A stretch of 61,110 nucleotides of DNA, filler included, from a bacterium (lineage in GTDB: Bacteria; JAJRZV01), in the NCBI GenBank assembly GCA_024275095.1. It is 5 parts of 5 records of this genome, joined end to end, with 100 filler letters (N's around TTAATTAATTAA, not from the genome) between each part and the next. Parts side by side here need not be neighbours in the genome. Positions count along the whole stretch, not along the records: positions 44,844 to 54,453 come from JAJRZV010000035.1; positions 54,554 to 61,110 come from JAJRZV010000038.1; 3 more parts are not named here. One strand, 5' to 3'. Numbering within the stretch: position 1 is the stretch's first letter; every line of letters begins with the position of its first letter. Below are positions 49,290 through 58,519 of this stretch, piece after piece. The notes below the pieces were generated by a model. It did not search any database, was not told the DNA's origin, and saw only the letters and a list, made by a program, of their open reading frames with translations. A program made the position numbers and the translations under genes.

Positions 49290-50696
49290 TCAAAAAAGGA
49301 GCAGAAAGAGAAGACTGTAACCCAGCTGGTTTTCTTCTGTGAAGTATCTGATAGCGGTAACGCCAATGCCCACTCTATCCTCGCAAGATGCAGCCCTGGG
49401 GTTGATTCCCGCTATTCCTCTCGTGTACAGGCGTTGAACTACAGGCGGCTCTTCGCCTTCATTGATGGTATAGGCGACAAGGTCTTCATGGGTGGTGTCT
49501 CTGTAAAAAATGTGTACAAGGTCCGCTTTATCTACAGCCAGAGCAATCGGACTGGTTTCGAAACCCGGAAGGTCTAAATCCTTAATAACCCATTCTCCGT
49601 TATTAAATGAAGCGACCACAGGTACTCCTCTGGATTCGTCAGTATAGACCACATAGGTAACTCCCTCAGGTGATGACTTTGCAGAAATGTAGCGCCCGTG
49701 TTTTCTTATTTGAGATACACGGGGTTTTTCATAATCGACTGTATAAAGTGATAAAGGAGAATACACAGACGCTGAAATAAACAATTGGTTTTCATTGATA
49801 ATTTGGTACGTATCAGAAGATTGGGGTATGCCGTCGCGGTAGAGCACAACGTTTTCTACTCCTGGAGCTGTCTCGTCTATGGTGGCAATAAACCCGTTAG
49901 CCGTGGCAGTAAATGAGAGGCGCCTGGCATAAACTTTTTCCCATTCTGGACGTTCGTCTGTAATTACTCGATCGGAATTTTCATCTATCACAATGTGGCG
50001 AAGGCTCTGAAGTACAAGGTCGGTGAAAAATAAATGGTGAAATCCATCTCGATCTACAACAGCGGCAAGCGAGCGTGACAGGCCCGAAAATGTACCGGTG
50101 TCCCCTGAAATCGTGTAAACGGCCCGGGAAGACGTTGTTCCTCCTCTCCAGGCGGGTATCACATGAATTATGCGCTGATGGGAGTCAGTAACTGCGTGAA
50201 GGTAGATATGAGGACGGCCATTATCAAAAACCAGAGCCACGTCAGGGATGTATTCCTGGTTGGTTGAATAAACTTCCTCTTCTGTCCAGTTGCCGCTTTT
50301 GTCGCGAGTGTAAAAGGTGACTGTGTAACGATTTTTGCAGGCATTTGCTGAGACAGCGTATACATTTGGCCCCTCTATGGCTGCATCTATATCCACACCC
50401 TTGAAACAATCTATGTCAAAGTTTGAGACCTGTTCCTGCGCCCAGGTGTTATTTGCTGGATACGCGTACATTACCACCCCAGCCATGTCGTCGCTGTATA
50501 CTACATGGGGAGTGCAATCCGCATCGAACACGATAGATTTCATAAGACCCACGTTAATATTTGCATCCACAAAAATTGAATTCACGTTCCACTGCCATCC
50601 TTTTTCAATTTCCGATTTTTCAGGGGATGAACACGAACACAAAAAAATCGCCCAGACCACCCCCCCAAAAAACATTTTCTTTTTTAAATTTCCCAT
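49290..50696 (-). CDS. Hypothetical lipoprotein, beta-propeller-like
   Basis: Lipobox-like LCSC; repeated lavD.dG.pHi.y blades. Confidence 0.7.
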   Translation of the reverse strand: MGNLKKKMFFGGVVWAIFLCSCSSPEKSEIEKGWQWNVNSIFVDANINVGLMKSIVFDADCTPHVVYSDDMAGVVMYAYPANNTWAQEQVSNFDIDCFKGVDIDAAIEGPNVYAVSANACKNRYTVTFYTRDKSGNWTEEEVYSTNQEYIPDVALVFDNGRPHIYLHAVTDSHQRIIHVIPAWRGGTTSSRAVYTISGDTGTFSGLSRSLAAVVDRDGFHHLFFTDLVLQSLRHIVIDENSDRVITDERPEWEKVYARRLSFTATANGFIATIDETAPGVENVVLYRDGIPQSSDTYQIINENQLFISASVYSPLSLYTVDYEKPRVSQIRKHGRYISAKSSPEGVTYVVYTDESRGVPVVASFNNGEWVIKDLDLPGFETSPIALAVDKADLVHIFYRDTTHEDLVAYTINEGEEPPVVQRLYTRGIAGINPRAASCEDRVGIGVTAIRYFTEENQLGYSLLFLLLF

Positions 50697-50702
50697 GTAA
50701 AA

Positions 50703-51671
50703 CTATTCTACCCTTCCACAGTCTGAGTTGGAAGACTTTGATTCGTGTGGATGTACTGATGCACTTTTCTTTTTATTAAAAACAAGGGCGGAGGAGAAAA
50801 TGTTATACATGTTCAAAAAAGCGGAAAACAGTGAAAGGCTTACCATCTTTATGCATGCAAATGGATGGGTTGAGTACAATCTTAAAGATTTCAAGATTCG
50901 ACCGCCGGGTAATGCCAGGACTCCATAGTAAATCGTGGATGCCAGGGGACGAGAGGTGGGATATTGCGGCCAACCTGTAAAACCGTACAACCTGGCCGTT
51001 CTCAACACAAGCTTCCAGGTCCGTGCTTCAAATAGAACCCGCTGAAAAGTAAAAGCCCGCGGTTCATGATACACCTTCAATCGAGGGGCAAAGGTACTAT
51101 CCCCAAACCCGCGCACTCGAGATGCAAAGTCAACATCCTCATACGCCGGGTACGGGAAGGTTTCGTCAAATCCCCCTGCCTGAAGAAACACCTTCTTTTT
51201 GACCAGCAAATTCGCCGTGAGGAAAACCCCCCCGGACTCATTTCGCGGACCTACTGTAAGCGGCCCGTAACGGTAAGGCTCGAGCAATGTCACATTCCCT
51301 TCAATAACACCAACCTGAGTAGTGATATTGTCCAGCACACTCTCCAGTTCTCGAATATAGTAGGGAGCAGGAATAACATCATCGTCGAGAAATAGTATCC
51401 ATTCAGTTGTTGCGTGCAGGGCTCCCTGGTTGCGTGCAGAGGCCGGACCCTTCCGTTCTCCCGTCGCGACAAAATTGATCCAGTGTGGCCAGGTGATGTT
51501 TTGAAACGTGTGTCCGGATTGGGTGCTGGAGCCTCCGTCCAGAACAACAGAGACTTCTTGAGGACGTAACTTGTACCGCTTGGCCTGGTGTACCAGGATG
51601 GTCAATAATTTTATGACTCTTCCTGACTCAGGGAGTGCAGGAATTACGATGGTCACTGGAAGGATTTTCAT
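50703..51671 (-). CDS. Glycosyltransferase family 2
   Basis: TIVIP, VLDG, GPASARNQG, LFLDDD, GGFDETF...YEDVDF. Confidence 0.92.
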   Translation of the reverse strand: MKILPVTIVIPALPESGRVIKLLTILVHQAKRYKLRPQEVSVVLDGGSSTQSGHTFQNITWPHWINFVATGERKGPASARNQGALHATTEWILFLDDDVIPAPYYIRELESVLDNITTQVGVIEGNVTLLEPYRYGPLTVGPRNESGGVFLTANLLVKKKVFLQAGGFDETFPYPAYEDVDFASRVRGFGDSTFAPRLKVYHEPRAFTFQRVLFEARTWKLVLRTARLYGFTGWPQYPTSRPLASTIYYGVLALPGGRILKSLRLYSTHPFACIKMVSLSLFSAFLNMYNIFSSALVFNKKKSASVHPHESKSSNSDCGRVE

Positions 51672-51955
51672 AACCGAGCTATGTTAAATATGTTCAATTT
51701 TATGCTCAAGACAATACGGACAATCCAAGGTGGATGCTCTCATGCTCGGAAGGAGCAGCATCAATATTTCACAAAAAACAGTTTCACAGGGCATTGGGTG
51801 AAATGGAGGAAATATAGAAAGTTCGACACAAGAAAAGTCTAAAAAGGATCATCCGGGTAACGTTGAGAATGTGTTGTTGATGAATTATTATAAATAAGTT
51901 GTTTTTTGAAATACCTGTGATAACCAAGGAAAGCTGATCATATCTTGATACCGTT

Positions 51956-52906
51956 ATGGATTTTAAGATAAAAATTTATCATGGATATTTTCGGTTCTGT
52001 ATCGGAGTTGTTTTATTTCTAATCTGCGGTTTAATTCCTTCCTGTAAAAGTGATCGTGGTGTCTCATGTCAAGACAGAACTACCCGGCGTTTGCAAGGTT
52101 TGAGCCTTAACCGTTCAGAAACGAAAACTTCGAACAAATGTGATCGTCGTTTCCACATAATAAATTTGAGTTTACCGAGAACGGGTTCCACCTCTCTCGC
52201 CGCCATGTTCCAGAATTACCGCTCCAAACACGAATTTATGCAGAGGGAACTCGTTAACACGATTTCCTATTATTTTAACGGGAAAATCAGTGAGAACGAA
52301 CTCGACGCATTTCTGATACTACGCGACAAAAAAGGCTCTCTCGAGGTTGACGCAAGTACCTCACTGCAGTTTGTGGCAGAACGGGTTGTGTCTCTTTTCC
52401 CGGATGCCAAATTCATATTTATCGTTAGAGACGGAGCTTCCTGGATTTTGTCTTCCCTGGCGATGTTGAGATGGCTTGGCAGAACCGGGAAAGAGGAGGA
52501 TCCCGCCTACGTTGATTGGATTGAAAGATATGGGAAACTGTTTATTTCGTCTTTCAAGTTCCCTCTTTTCGCAACTGATGTTTACCTCAGGAATCATTCG
52601 AAGCACATAATCTCCGGGCTCGCCGATTTCTGGGGAAAACAAACATTGAATGTTCTCGAATTGTTGAGAGGGTTGCCTGAGGACAGAAGGCTCGTACTCC
52701 AATTGAAAGACTTGGATTATTCCATTCAGCGTTTGGCTCAATTTGCCGGTGTAGATCCCGGAACCCTGGTGAAAGCACATCTGAACAGAGCCAGGACTCA
52801 TGACAAGGAACAGATTAAAAGGCTTGTAGGAGGAAAGAAGGTGCTGGAAGCGGCTGCGAAGGATTACCAGAGAAAGATCAACATGGTTCTGAAAGAATTC
52901 GAGTAA
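51956..52906 (+). CDS. Sulfotransferase-like P-loop protein with N-terminal lipoprotein-like signal
   Basis: LPRTGSTSL (5'-PSB-like), FPDAKFIFIVRD...W..S (3'-PB-like). Confidence 0.75.
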   Translation: MDFKIKIYHGYFRFCIGVVLFLICGLIPSCKSDRGVSCQDRTTRRLQGLSLNRSETKTSNKCDRRFHIINLSLPRTGSTSLAAMFQNYRSKHEFMQRELVNTISYYFNGKISENELDAFLILRDKKGSLEVDASTSLQFVAERVVSLFPDAKFIFIVRDGASWILSSLAMLRWLGRTGKEEDPAYVDWIERYGKLFISSFKFPLFATDVYLRNHSKHIISGLADFWGKQTLNVLELLRGLPEDRRLVLQLKDLDYSIQRLAQFAGVDPGTLVKAHLNRARTHDKEQIKRLVGGKKVLEAAAKDYQRKINMVLKEFE

Positions 52907-52912
52907 ATTTTT

Positions 52913-53509
52913 ATGAATAAGCATACTTTATCTCGCGGGAATTTACGCCTATTGGAATTGTTTGATATTTTTCTTGTTTTTCTAAAGATAGGCGTTATGA
53001 GTTTCGGTTCTGGAACAAGCGAAGTGATGTTTGAAATGATTGTCGAAAAACAGAAATGGCTCTCCATCGACGAGTTTCAGGATCAGATGGCAATAGCCGG
53101 AATGTTACCAGGCCCGTTCCATATCAATCTTGCCATAGCCTGCGGATATAAATATGCAGGTTTTCATGGTTCCATTGTGGGTGCCCTGGGGTTTGTACTT
53201 CCTGGCTTTCTGTTTGCTGTCTTGTTGGCATTGAGCATTCGGAGTGATTTCGTCGTGAACTTTCTGTCAACTCACCTCAACATCATTTCTGGAATACTCC
53301 TGGCTGTTGCCGGATTGCTTCTCAGTATAATATTAAAATTGGGCAGGCAGGTGGTGGGGAATCTGTACCTGTGGGCATTTGTTATTTTGCTCTCGCTTAT
53401 GATTGTTTTATTTAAGGTTTCTCTTGTGCTCGTCCTTCTTCTATCCGGGGTGACCGTCATGGTCGTATCAGGCATGGGTGACAATAAAAAAGGACATAAC
53501 AAATGTTGA
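52913..53509 (+). CDS. Short-chain chromate transporter (CHR) subunit
   Basis: FLKIGVMSFG, VEKQKWL, LPGP, GFVLPG. Confidence 0.9.
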   Translation: MNKHTLSRGNLRLLELFDIFLVFLKIGVMSFGSGTSEVMFEMIVEKQKWLSIDEFQDQMAIAGMLPGPFHINLAIACGYKYAGFHGSIVGALGFVLPGFLFAVLLALSIRSDFVVNFLSTHLNIISGILLAVAGLLLSIILKLGRQVVGNLYLWAFVILLSLMIVLFKVSLVLVLLLSGVTVMVVSGMGDNKKGHNKC

Positions 53510-54069
53510 CAAGGTCATTGTTGTTATACCTGAGTATTCTTCAATTATCTTTTTTGAGCTTCGGTGGAATTTACCCCCTATGGGCGTTCATCGAGGATGA
53601 GATGGTTGTTGAATGCCATCAAGCCGGGGCAAAACCTGCGGAAAGGGATAAAATATGCCGGCAGGATTTCAACACAATATTTACCCTGTCATATCTTGTT
53701 CCTGGTCCAAGACTCAACGGAGCATCTATTGTGGGATACGAAATTCAGGGTTTTACCGGAATGGTTTTGTTCATTTTGGCAGGGATGACTCCCGGATTGG
53801 TTTTAATACCCATCTTGATGAATTTATATGTGAAATATCAGGGTAATCCCTGGGTGAAAAATTTTTTCAGGGGGACAAAATTTGGTATAATCCTTGTTCT
53901 TACTGGATTTTTAGCAAACATTCTTGTTGCATTTATACACGGTGCTTTTGTGAAACAGGTGATGGCAGCAGGTATTTTTGCCCTTACATTCTCTATGTCA
54001 TATTTTTTCAGGATCAATCCCCTGATTATAGTTATGGTGGGGGCGGCATGGGGATACATATTTCTATAA
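53503..54069 (+). CDS. Short-chain chromate transporter (CHR) subunit
   Basis: LSFGG, VPGP, G....G..G, INP; overlaps partner gene. Confidence 0.85.
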   Translation: MLTRSLLLYLSILQLSFLSFGGIYPLWAFIEDEMVVECHQAGAKPAERDKICRQDFNTIFTLSYLVPGPRLNGASIVGYEIQGFTGMVLFILAGMTPGLVLIPILMNLYVKYQGNPWVKNFFRGTKFGIILVLTGFLANILVAFIHGAFVKQVMAAGIFALTFSMSYFFRINPLIIVMVGAAWGYIFL

Positions 54070-54314
54070 CGGGCTCAAAAACGTCTCCTCAATTGACCCA
54101 AAACCAAAGCTACTTATGGTCGGCTTTGAAGATGCACTGTAAGTATTAGTTCAAGCGGCTGTTATCAGCTCTGGACCTTTATCTCTTGTTCTGGGTCCGT
54201 TCCATATAAGTGATCCTCCCTTTCTTTATCCCATGATACATTACCCTACACACCAGCTCGATTGTCATGATCTCGTATTAGAGATACAATTTTATAATCT
54301 TTAATGATTTATCC

Positions 54315-54387
54315 GGGGCTGTAGCTCAGGTGGGAGAGCGCAGCTTTCGCACGGCTGAGGTCGGGGGTTCGAGTCCCCCCAGCTCCA
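54315..54387 (+). tRNA. tRNA-Ala (anticodon CGC)
   Basis: Cloverleaf: GGGGCTG/CAGCTCC acceptor with G3-U70, D-arm GCTC/GAGC, anticodon arm CAGCT-TTCGCAC-GGCTG, T-arm GGGGG-TTCGAGT-CCCCC; CCA not encoded. Confidence 0.97.
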
Positions 54388-54453
54388 TATTTTATATTAC
54401 CCACCCGCCCTATCCCTGATGATGGTTTGGCGCGCAGGCAGCACGCGCGCCAG

Positions 54454-54553
54454 NNNNNNNNNNNNNNNNNNNNNNNNNNNNNNNNNNNNNNNNNNNNTTA
54501 ATTAATTAANNNNNNNNNNNNNNNNNNNNNNNNNNNNNNNNNNNNNNNNNNNN
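54454..54553. other. Artificial contig spacer
   Basis: N-run with TTAATTAATTAA. Confidence 0.99.
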
Positions 54554-54555
54554 GG

Positions 54556-56157
54556 AGCCTTCCCGTTTCCCTCGGGCCTCCTGACCTTGCTCCCCTTGCA
54601 ACGCAGTGCCCTTCAGGATACTACGATGTGCCCGGTCTTATTAATTTTGTAGGCCTTGATTTTGAGCGCATCAGCGAACTGCTTTCAGATATAGATTCTC
54701 AGGTAGCCCAAATTGAAGAGCTCACCAATAACGGCGAGACATTCCAGTTCATACTCGACGGGGTTAACGATTACCTGCCCATACAGATCAAGGCAAAGGC
54801 AAGTGCCCCCATTGAAATTGACGTTGATATTGATCTTCGCATAAAGGGCGAGTTCGACAAGGTGGAACTTGAAGGTGTCGGTGCTGTGGCTTCCGGGGCC
54901 AATGCACTGATCAAGCTGGTGCTTTCGCATAACATATGTATTAATCTCAGCGGAATTATTTTCCAGGGTGGACTTGATGAACTCATGACCCTTATGGATA
55001 ATGATATTGTCAAACTTGTCAGGGTGCTTCCCAAGTATCTGGATGAGAACTTCCTCAAGCTGGAAGATCCCGATATGTTCATGGAAATTCCCACGGATCT
55101 GTTTAACCTTGCATCACGTATCCCGGCAGTCCTTGATGTTTTCAGTGAATGTGAAAATGCAACACCCGAAGATCCCTGCGACGATGATGTCTTCTACTTT
55201 GAGGATAATCCTGGGTCAGCTACCGATTACATTGTAGTAAACATGGATTACGCAAACTCAAAATTGTGCACCAGCAATTGCGCTTCCGCAGGCAACATGA
55301 CCAAGGATGATGCAAAAATAGAAGTAATCCCCGGCCTGGTGGATGCTGTTCCTGTGATTAAAGATACGGTAAACAAGCTTGCAGATGAGTTGAGCACGGC
55401 GCTCAACGGTGGCGAGGCTTATATTGACATCGGGAAGCACATTAACCCTGTTCTCGGACCCCTCAACTTAGACCTGTGCACGCACTGCCCTCCGGAATAC
55501 CAGCATGTTATCCCACCGGTTGCACGCATTGCGCTTCACAAGATCTTTCCTGTGAACGATCCCGCTTCCGCTGTGGGCCTTGGTGCTTTACGGATTGCCG
55601 TGGATCCTTCCAGCAACGAGTGGATAGTGGAAGCAGAAGCCCCTGAAGGAACAACCTTTCCAACACTTTCTACCGGACCTGCTGATCCCAATTATTCCAC
55701 CCCGCCTGAATACATCACTCTCGGGGACACCTCTCACTTTGGAGCTTCCATTGCAAACGATTGCGTTGCACCTGTGTTCTTTACTTCTCCTGCACCTGCG
55801 ACCAATGCGCGTCCCTACATGAGCGTGGTACACCTCGCCACGGCAAGCATGATCCTGTATGTGCAGTCAGAGCTCCCGGACCTCGGAGGAATTATTGAAT
55901 ACAATCCTGCCGAGATTCAGAAGGTTCTCGATGCCTGGTACGGTGTGCCCGCCAATCAGAAATTGTATCTGGACACCTATCCTTCACAGAGCACCGTGCC
56001 CACCTGTCAGCTGCCGGCAGAATATCCCACCAGTGATACCACGGCCTGGGTGTCGGCTGATCAGTATTTGAACTCCACGGTTCTTGGCGGGGCTCAGCTC
56101 TTTTATTTGGTCGAACTGTTGGGTCTTGCGGAGGAAGCTCAACAGCAGGCTCCCTGA
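54556..56157 (+). CDS. Large acidic hypothetical protein (5' truncated)
   Basis: Frame open from the gap; Asp/Glu/Pro-rich with paired Cys; no recognised family. Confidence 0.75.
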   Translation, partial: SLPVSLGPPDLAPLATQCPSGYYDVPGLINFVGLDFERISELLSDIDSQVAQIEELTNNGETFQFILDGVNDYLPIQIKAKASAPIEIDVDIDLRIKGEFDKVELEGVGAVASGANALIKLVLSHNICINLSGIIFQGGLDELMTLMDNDIVKLVRVLPKYLDENFLKLEDPDMFMEIPTDLFNLASRIPAVLDVFSECENATPEDPCDDDVFYFEDNPGSATDYIVVNMDYANSKLCTSNCASAGNMTKDDAKIEVIPGLVDAVPVIKDTVNKLADELSTALNGGEAYIDIGKHINPVLGPLNLDLCTHCPPEYQHVIPPVARIALHKIFPVNDPASAVGLGALRIAVDPSSNEWIVEAEAPEGTTFPTLSTGPADPNYSTPPEYITLGDTSHFGASIANDCVAPVFFTSPAPATNARPYMSVVHLATASMILYVQSELPDLGGIIEYNPAEIQKVLDAWYGVPANQKLYLDTYPSQSTVPTCQLPAEYPTSDTTAWVSADQYLNSTVLGGAQLFYLVELLGLAEEAQQQAP

Positions 56158-56167
56158 AGTGAGTGAG

Positions 56168-56206
56168 TAAAATCGGGGTGCTCTGGGTAAGAGCGCCCCG
56201 ATTTTA
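56168..56206 (+). terminator. Hairpin/terminator
   Basis: TAAAATCGGGGTGCTCT...AGAGCGCCCCGATTTTA. Confidence 0.7.
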
Positions 56207-56226
56207 AATATCATGGAGGTGGAGAA

Positions 56227-56652
56227 ATGGGTATTCCGTTTCCGTCTGAAGAATGGGTGGCGAAATACAAAGAAGCTGTGAACAGCAATCCCGCGTATAA
56301 AGAAGCAGCGAAGGACTGGGTTCACGGTCCTGTATCCCTTATTGTAAAGGCAGAACCTTCCATTGGATTAAATGAAGATATTGGTGTGTGGCTGGATCTG
56401 GAAAAAGGTGTGTGCAAGGATGCGCGTGTTGTGAGTGCTGAAGAGGCGGAGAAAGCACCTTTTTGCATTACCGGTGAGTATGCCCGGTGGAAGCAGGTGT
56501 TGAAAAAAGAACTGGAGCCCGTGCAGGGAATGATGCAGGGTAAACTCAAGCTCAAGGGAGATCTGCCCACCATCGTTCGGTTTGTGAGGGCGGCTCAGGA
56601 GCTGGTGAACAGTGCGACTTTTGTTGATACTGAATTTCTTGATGAGAAATGA
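56227..56652 (+). CDS. SCP2 sterol/lipid-binding domain protein
   Basis: FPSEEW...Y..AAKDW, WLDLEKG.C, GMMQGKLKLKGDL. Confidence 0.88.
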   Translation: MGIPFPSEEWVAKYKEAVNSNPAYKEAAKDWVHGPVSLIVKAEPSIGLNEDIGVWLDLEKGVCKDARVVSAEEAEKAPFCITGEYARWKQVLKKELEPVQGMMQGKLKLKGDLPTIVRFVRAAQELVNSATFVDTEFLDEK

Positions 56653-56665
56653 GGAGGTATGACCG

Positions 56666-57838
56666 TTGAAATACTCTGACAGTTTGAACTTTATCTTTCG
56701 TATGCCAACGAAGGTGGTGTTTGGCAAAGGGACTGCCAAAGAGGTTCCTCTCGAGATGAAGGAACTTGGTGTAAGCAGGGCACTGGTGGTGACTGACCGT
56801 TTCCTGTACGAAAAGACCGAAATTGTTAATGATATTGTAAAGGCTCTTGGAGAGGCCTGCGTCGGTGTTTTTGCAGATGTGGAGCCGGATACAGGTGTGG
56901 ATATTGTGGATTCGGCTTACGCGTTGTTCCAGGAAAAAGGGGCTGATGTCATTGTAAGTGTCGGAGGGGGAAGTTCCATTGATACTGCCAAGGGCGTACA
57001 GATTGCTGCGGGATTGGGTAAAACGCTGAAAGAGATTGGTAGTGGTGGAGTGAATTTGCTCAACGCGCCGACTGTACCTCATATTTCGGTACCAACCACA
57101 GCTGGTACAGGTAGTGAAGTTACCTACGCAGCAGTCATCAAAGACAGAGAGAAAAAACAGAAATTGATATTTGCTGACAACTTCATCATTCCGTCTGTTG
57201 CTATTCTGGACCCGCTTGTAACTGTGGGTATGCCCAAGTCTCTTACTGCCCACACAGGACTCGATGCTTTCACACATGCAGTTGAAGCTGTTCATTCCAA
57301 CATGCGGGAGCCCGTTGCAGATGCGCTTGCACTTCACGCCGTCCGATTGATATACGAGTATTTACCTGCGGCACTCAAGGACGGTAATGACATTGTAGCA
57401 AGGGGCCAGATGCTCATTGCTGCATGTATTGCTGGTGCAGCTTTTTCCAATGCGCAGGTGGGCGTGGTACATGCACTCGCGCATTCGGTAGGAGCAAAAT
57501 TTGGTGTGCCTCATGGGCTTGCGAACGCTATTCTCCTTCCCCATTGCATGCGGTTTAACGCGAAAAAAGTTGCTGATAGATATGCAGAAATTGGTAAAGC
57601 AATGGGGCTGGACCTTCACGGCAAGAGTGATGAGGATGCCTGCGAAGAGACCGTTAAGGCGATTGAGGATTTTATCCGGAGTACCGGCATTCCCACACGG
57701 TTGCGCGATGTGAACGTCCCTCAAGAAAGACTTTCAGAAGCGGCAGAAACAGCGATTTATGATGGTTCCATAGTAAATAATCCGCGGTTTGCCATGGACC
57801 CAAAAATACTGGAGGAGATTTTACAAAATGCCTGGTGA
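56666..57838 (+). CDS. Iron-containing alcohol dehydrogenase
   Basis: GGGSSIDTAK, PTTAGTGSE, GLDAFTHAVE, HALAH, HGLANA. Confidence 0.95.
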   Translation: MKYSDSLNFIFRMPTKVVFGKGTAKEVPLEMKELGVSRALVVTDRFLYEKTEIVNDIVKALGEACVGVFADVEPDTGVDIVDSAYALFQEKGADVIVSVGGGSSIDTAKGVQIAAGLGKTLKEIGSGGVNLLNAPTVPHISVPTTAGTGSEVTYAAVIKDREKKQKLIFADNFIIPSVAILDPLVTVGMPKSLTAHTGLDAFTHAVEAVHSNMREPVADALALHAVRLIYEYLPAALKDGNDIVARGQMLIAACIAGAAFSNAQVGVVHALAHSVGAKFGVPHGLANAILLPHCMRFNAKKVADRYAEIGKAMGLDLHGKSDEDACEETVKAIEDFIRSTGIPTRLRDVNVPQERLSEAAETAIYDGSIVNNPRFAMDPKILEEILQNAW

Positions 57839-58265
57839 GAATGGTTTTGTAAAGATTGACGAAGGGGCCAAGGAAAACGGCCTCGCGCAGATGCTGGGAG
57901 ATTTAATTTCCCAGAATCTCGAAAGGGTGCCTGCTAAAAAGGGTGTGGCGGAAAAGATGAACGGGAGTGTTTACATCAATGCATCAGATATCGGTGTCGC
58001 TGTTACCATTGAGTTTCGCGGTAGAGACGGGATTTACATTTTTGATGGGAAACAGGGGCGTCCTCTTCTGGAAGTGGAGGCTGACAGCATCACTGTAGTG
58101 GATATGAGTCGCCTTACATTTGTGGGCGGACTTCTTCCGAACTTTTTCGACGATGTGGGACGAAGCATCGTGATTAAAATGCTCAAGAGACACCTCAAGG
58201 TAAAGGGGATGATTATTCATCTACCGTTTACCGTTAAGTTACTGAATGTCTTTTCGGTTATGTAA
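57828..58265 (+). CDS. Hypothetical protein (SCP2-like fold possible)
   Basis: SD GGAGGAG before ATG 57828; C-terminal HLKVKG resembles SCP2 motif. Confidence 0.65.
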   Translation: MPGENGFVKIDEGAKENGLAQMLGDLISQNLERVPAKKGVAEKMNGSVYINASDIGVAVTIEFRGRDGIYIFDGKQGRPLLEVEADSITVVDMSRLTFVGGLLPNFFDDVGRSIVIKMLKRHLKVKGMIIHLPFTVKLLNVFSVM

Positions 58266-58291
58266 CATTTTCTTGCTCGGAAGAGGGAGCC

Positions 58292-58519
58292 GTGTGGGCC
58301 CCCCTTGAAAACTTCGGCAAAACCCTTATCATTATCGGGTTTGCTATTGCATTTTTCGGGGTGATACTTTACTTAACAGGGAAAATTCCCTACGTAGGGA
58401 GATTACCCGGTGATATTCTCATAAAGAAAAAGAACATGGTGATCTACATTCCCATAGCAACATCTCTTCTTATCAGTATTGTTTTGAGTTTGATACTAAC
58501 ACTCTTTTCACGGCGATGA
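58292..58519 (+). CDS. DUF2905 family small membrane protein
   Basis: GRLPGDI...YIPIATSLLISIVLSL. Confidence 0.9.
   Translation: MWAPLENFGKTLIIIGFAIAFFGVILYLTGKIPYVGRLPGDILIKKKNMVIYIPIATSLLISIVLSLILTLFSRR

Noticed and set aside
54064-54167. attC-like element (TAAC at the CHR stop ... central hairpin ... GTTAT)
   Set aside because: Only the outer 5 bp and a central 7-bp stem pair; L boxes do not match, and there is no integrase or second convincing site.
54179-54220. Minus-strand GGGAGG + 8-codon ORF (MERTQNKR)
   Set aside because: Too short and without supporting context; possibly a gene remnant.
29050-54553. Four identical TTAATTAATTAA elements within N-runs
   Set aside because: Artificial contig linkers, not biological repeats; ORFs running into them are truncated.
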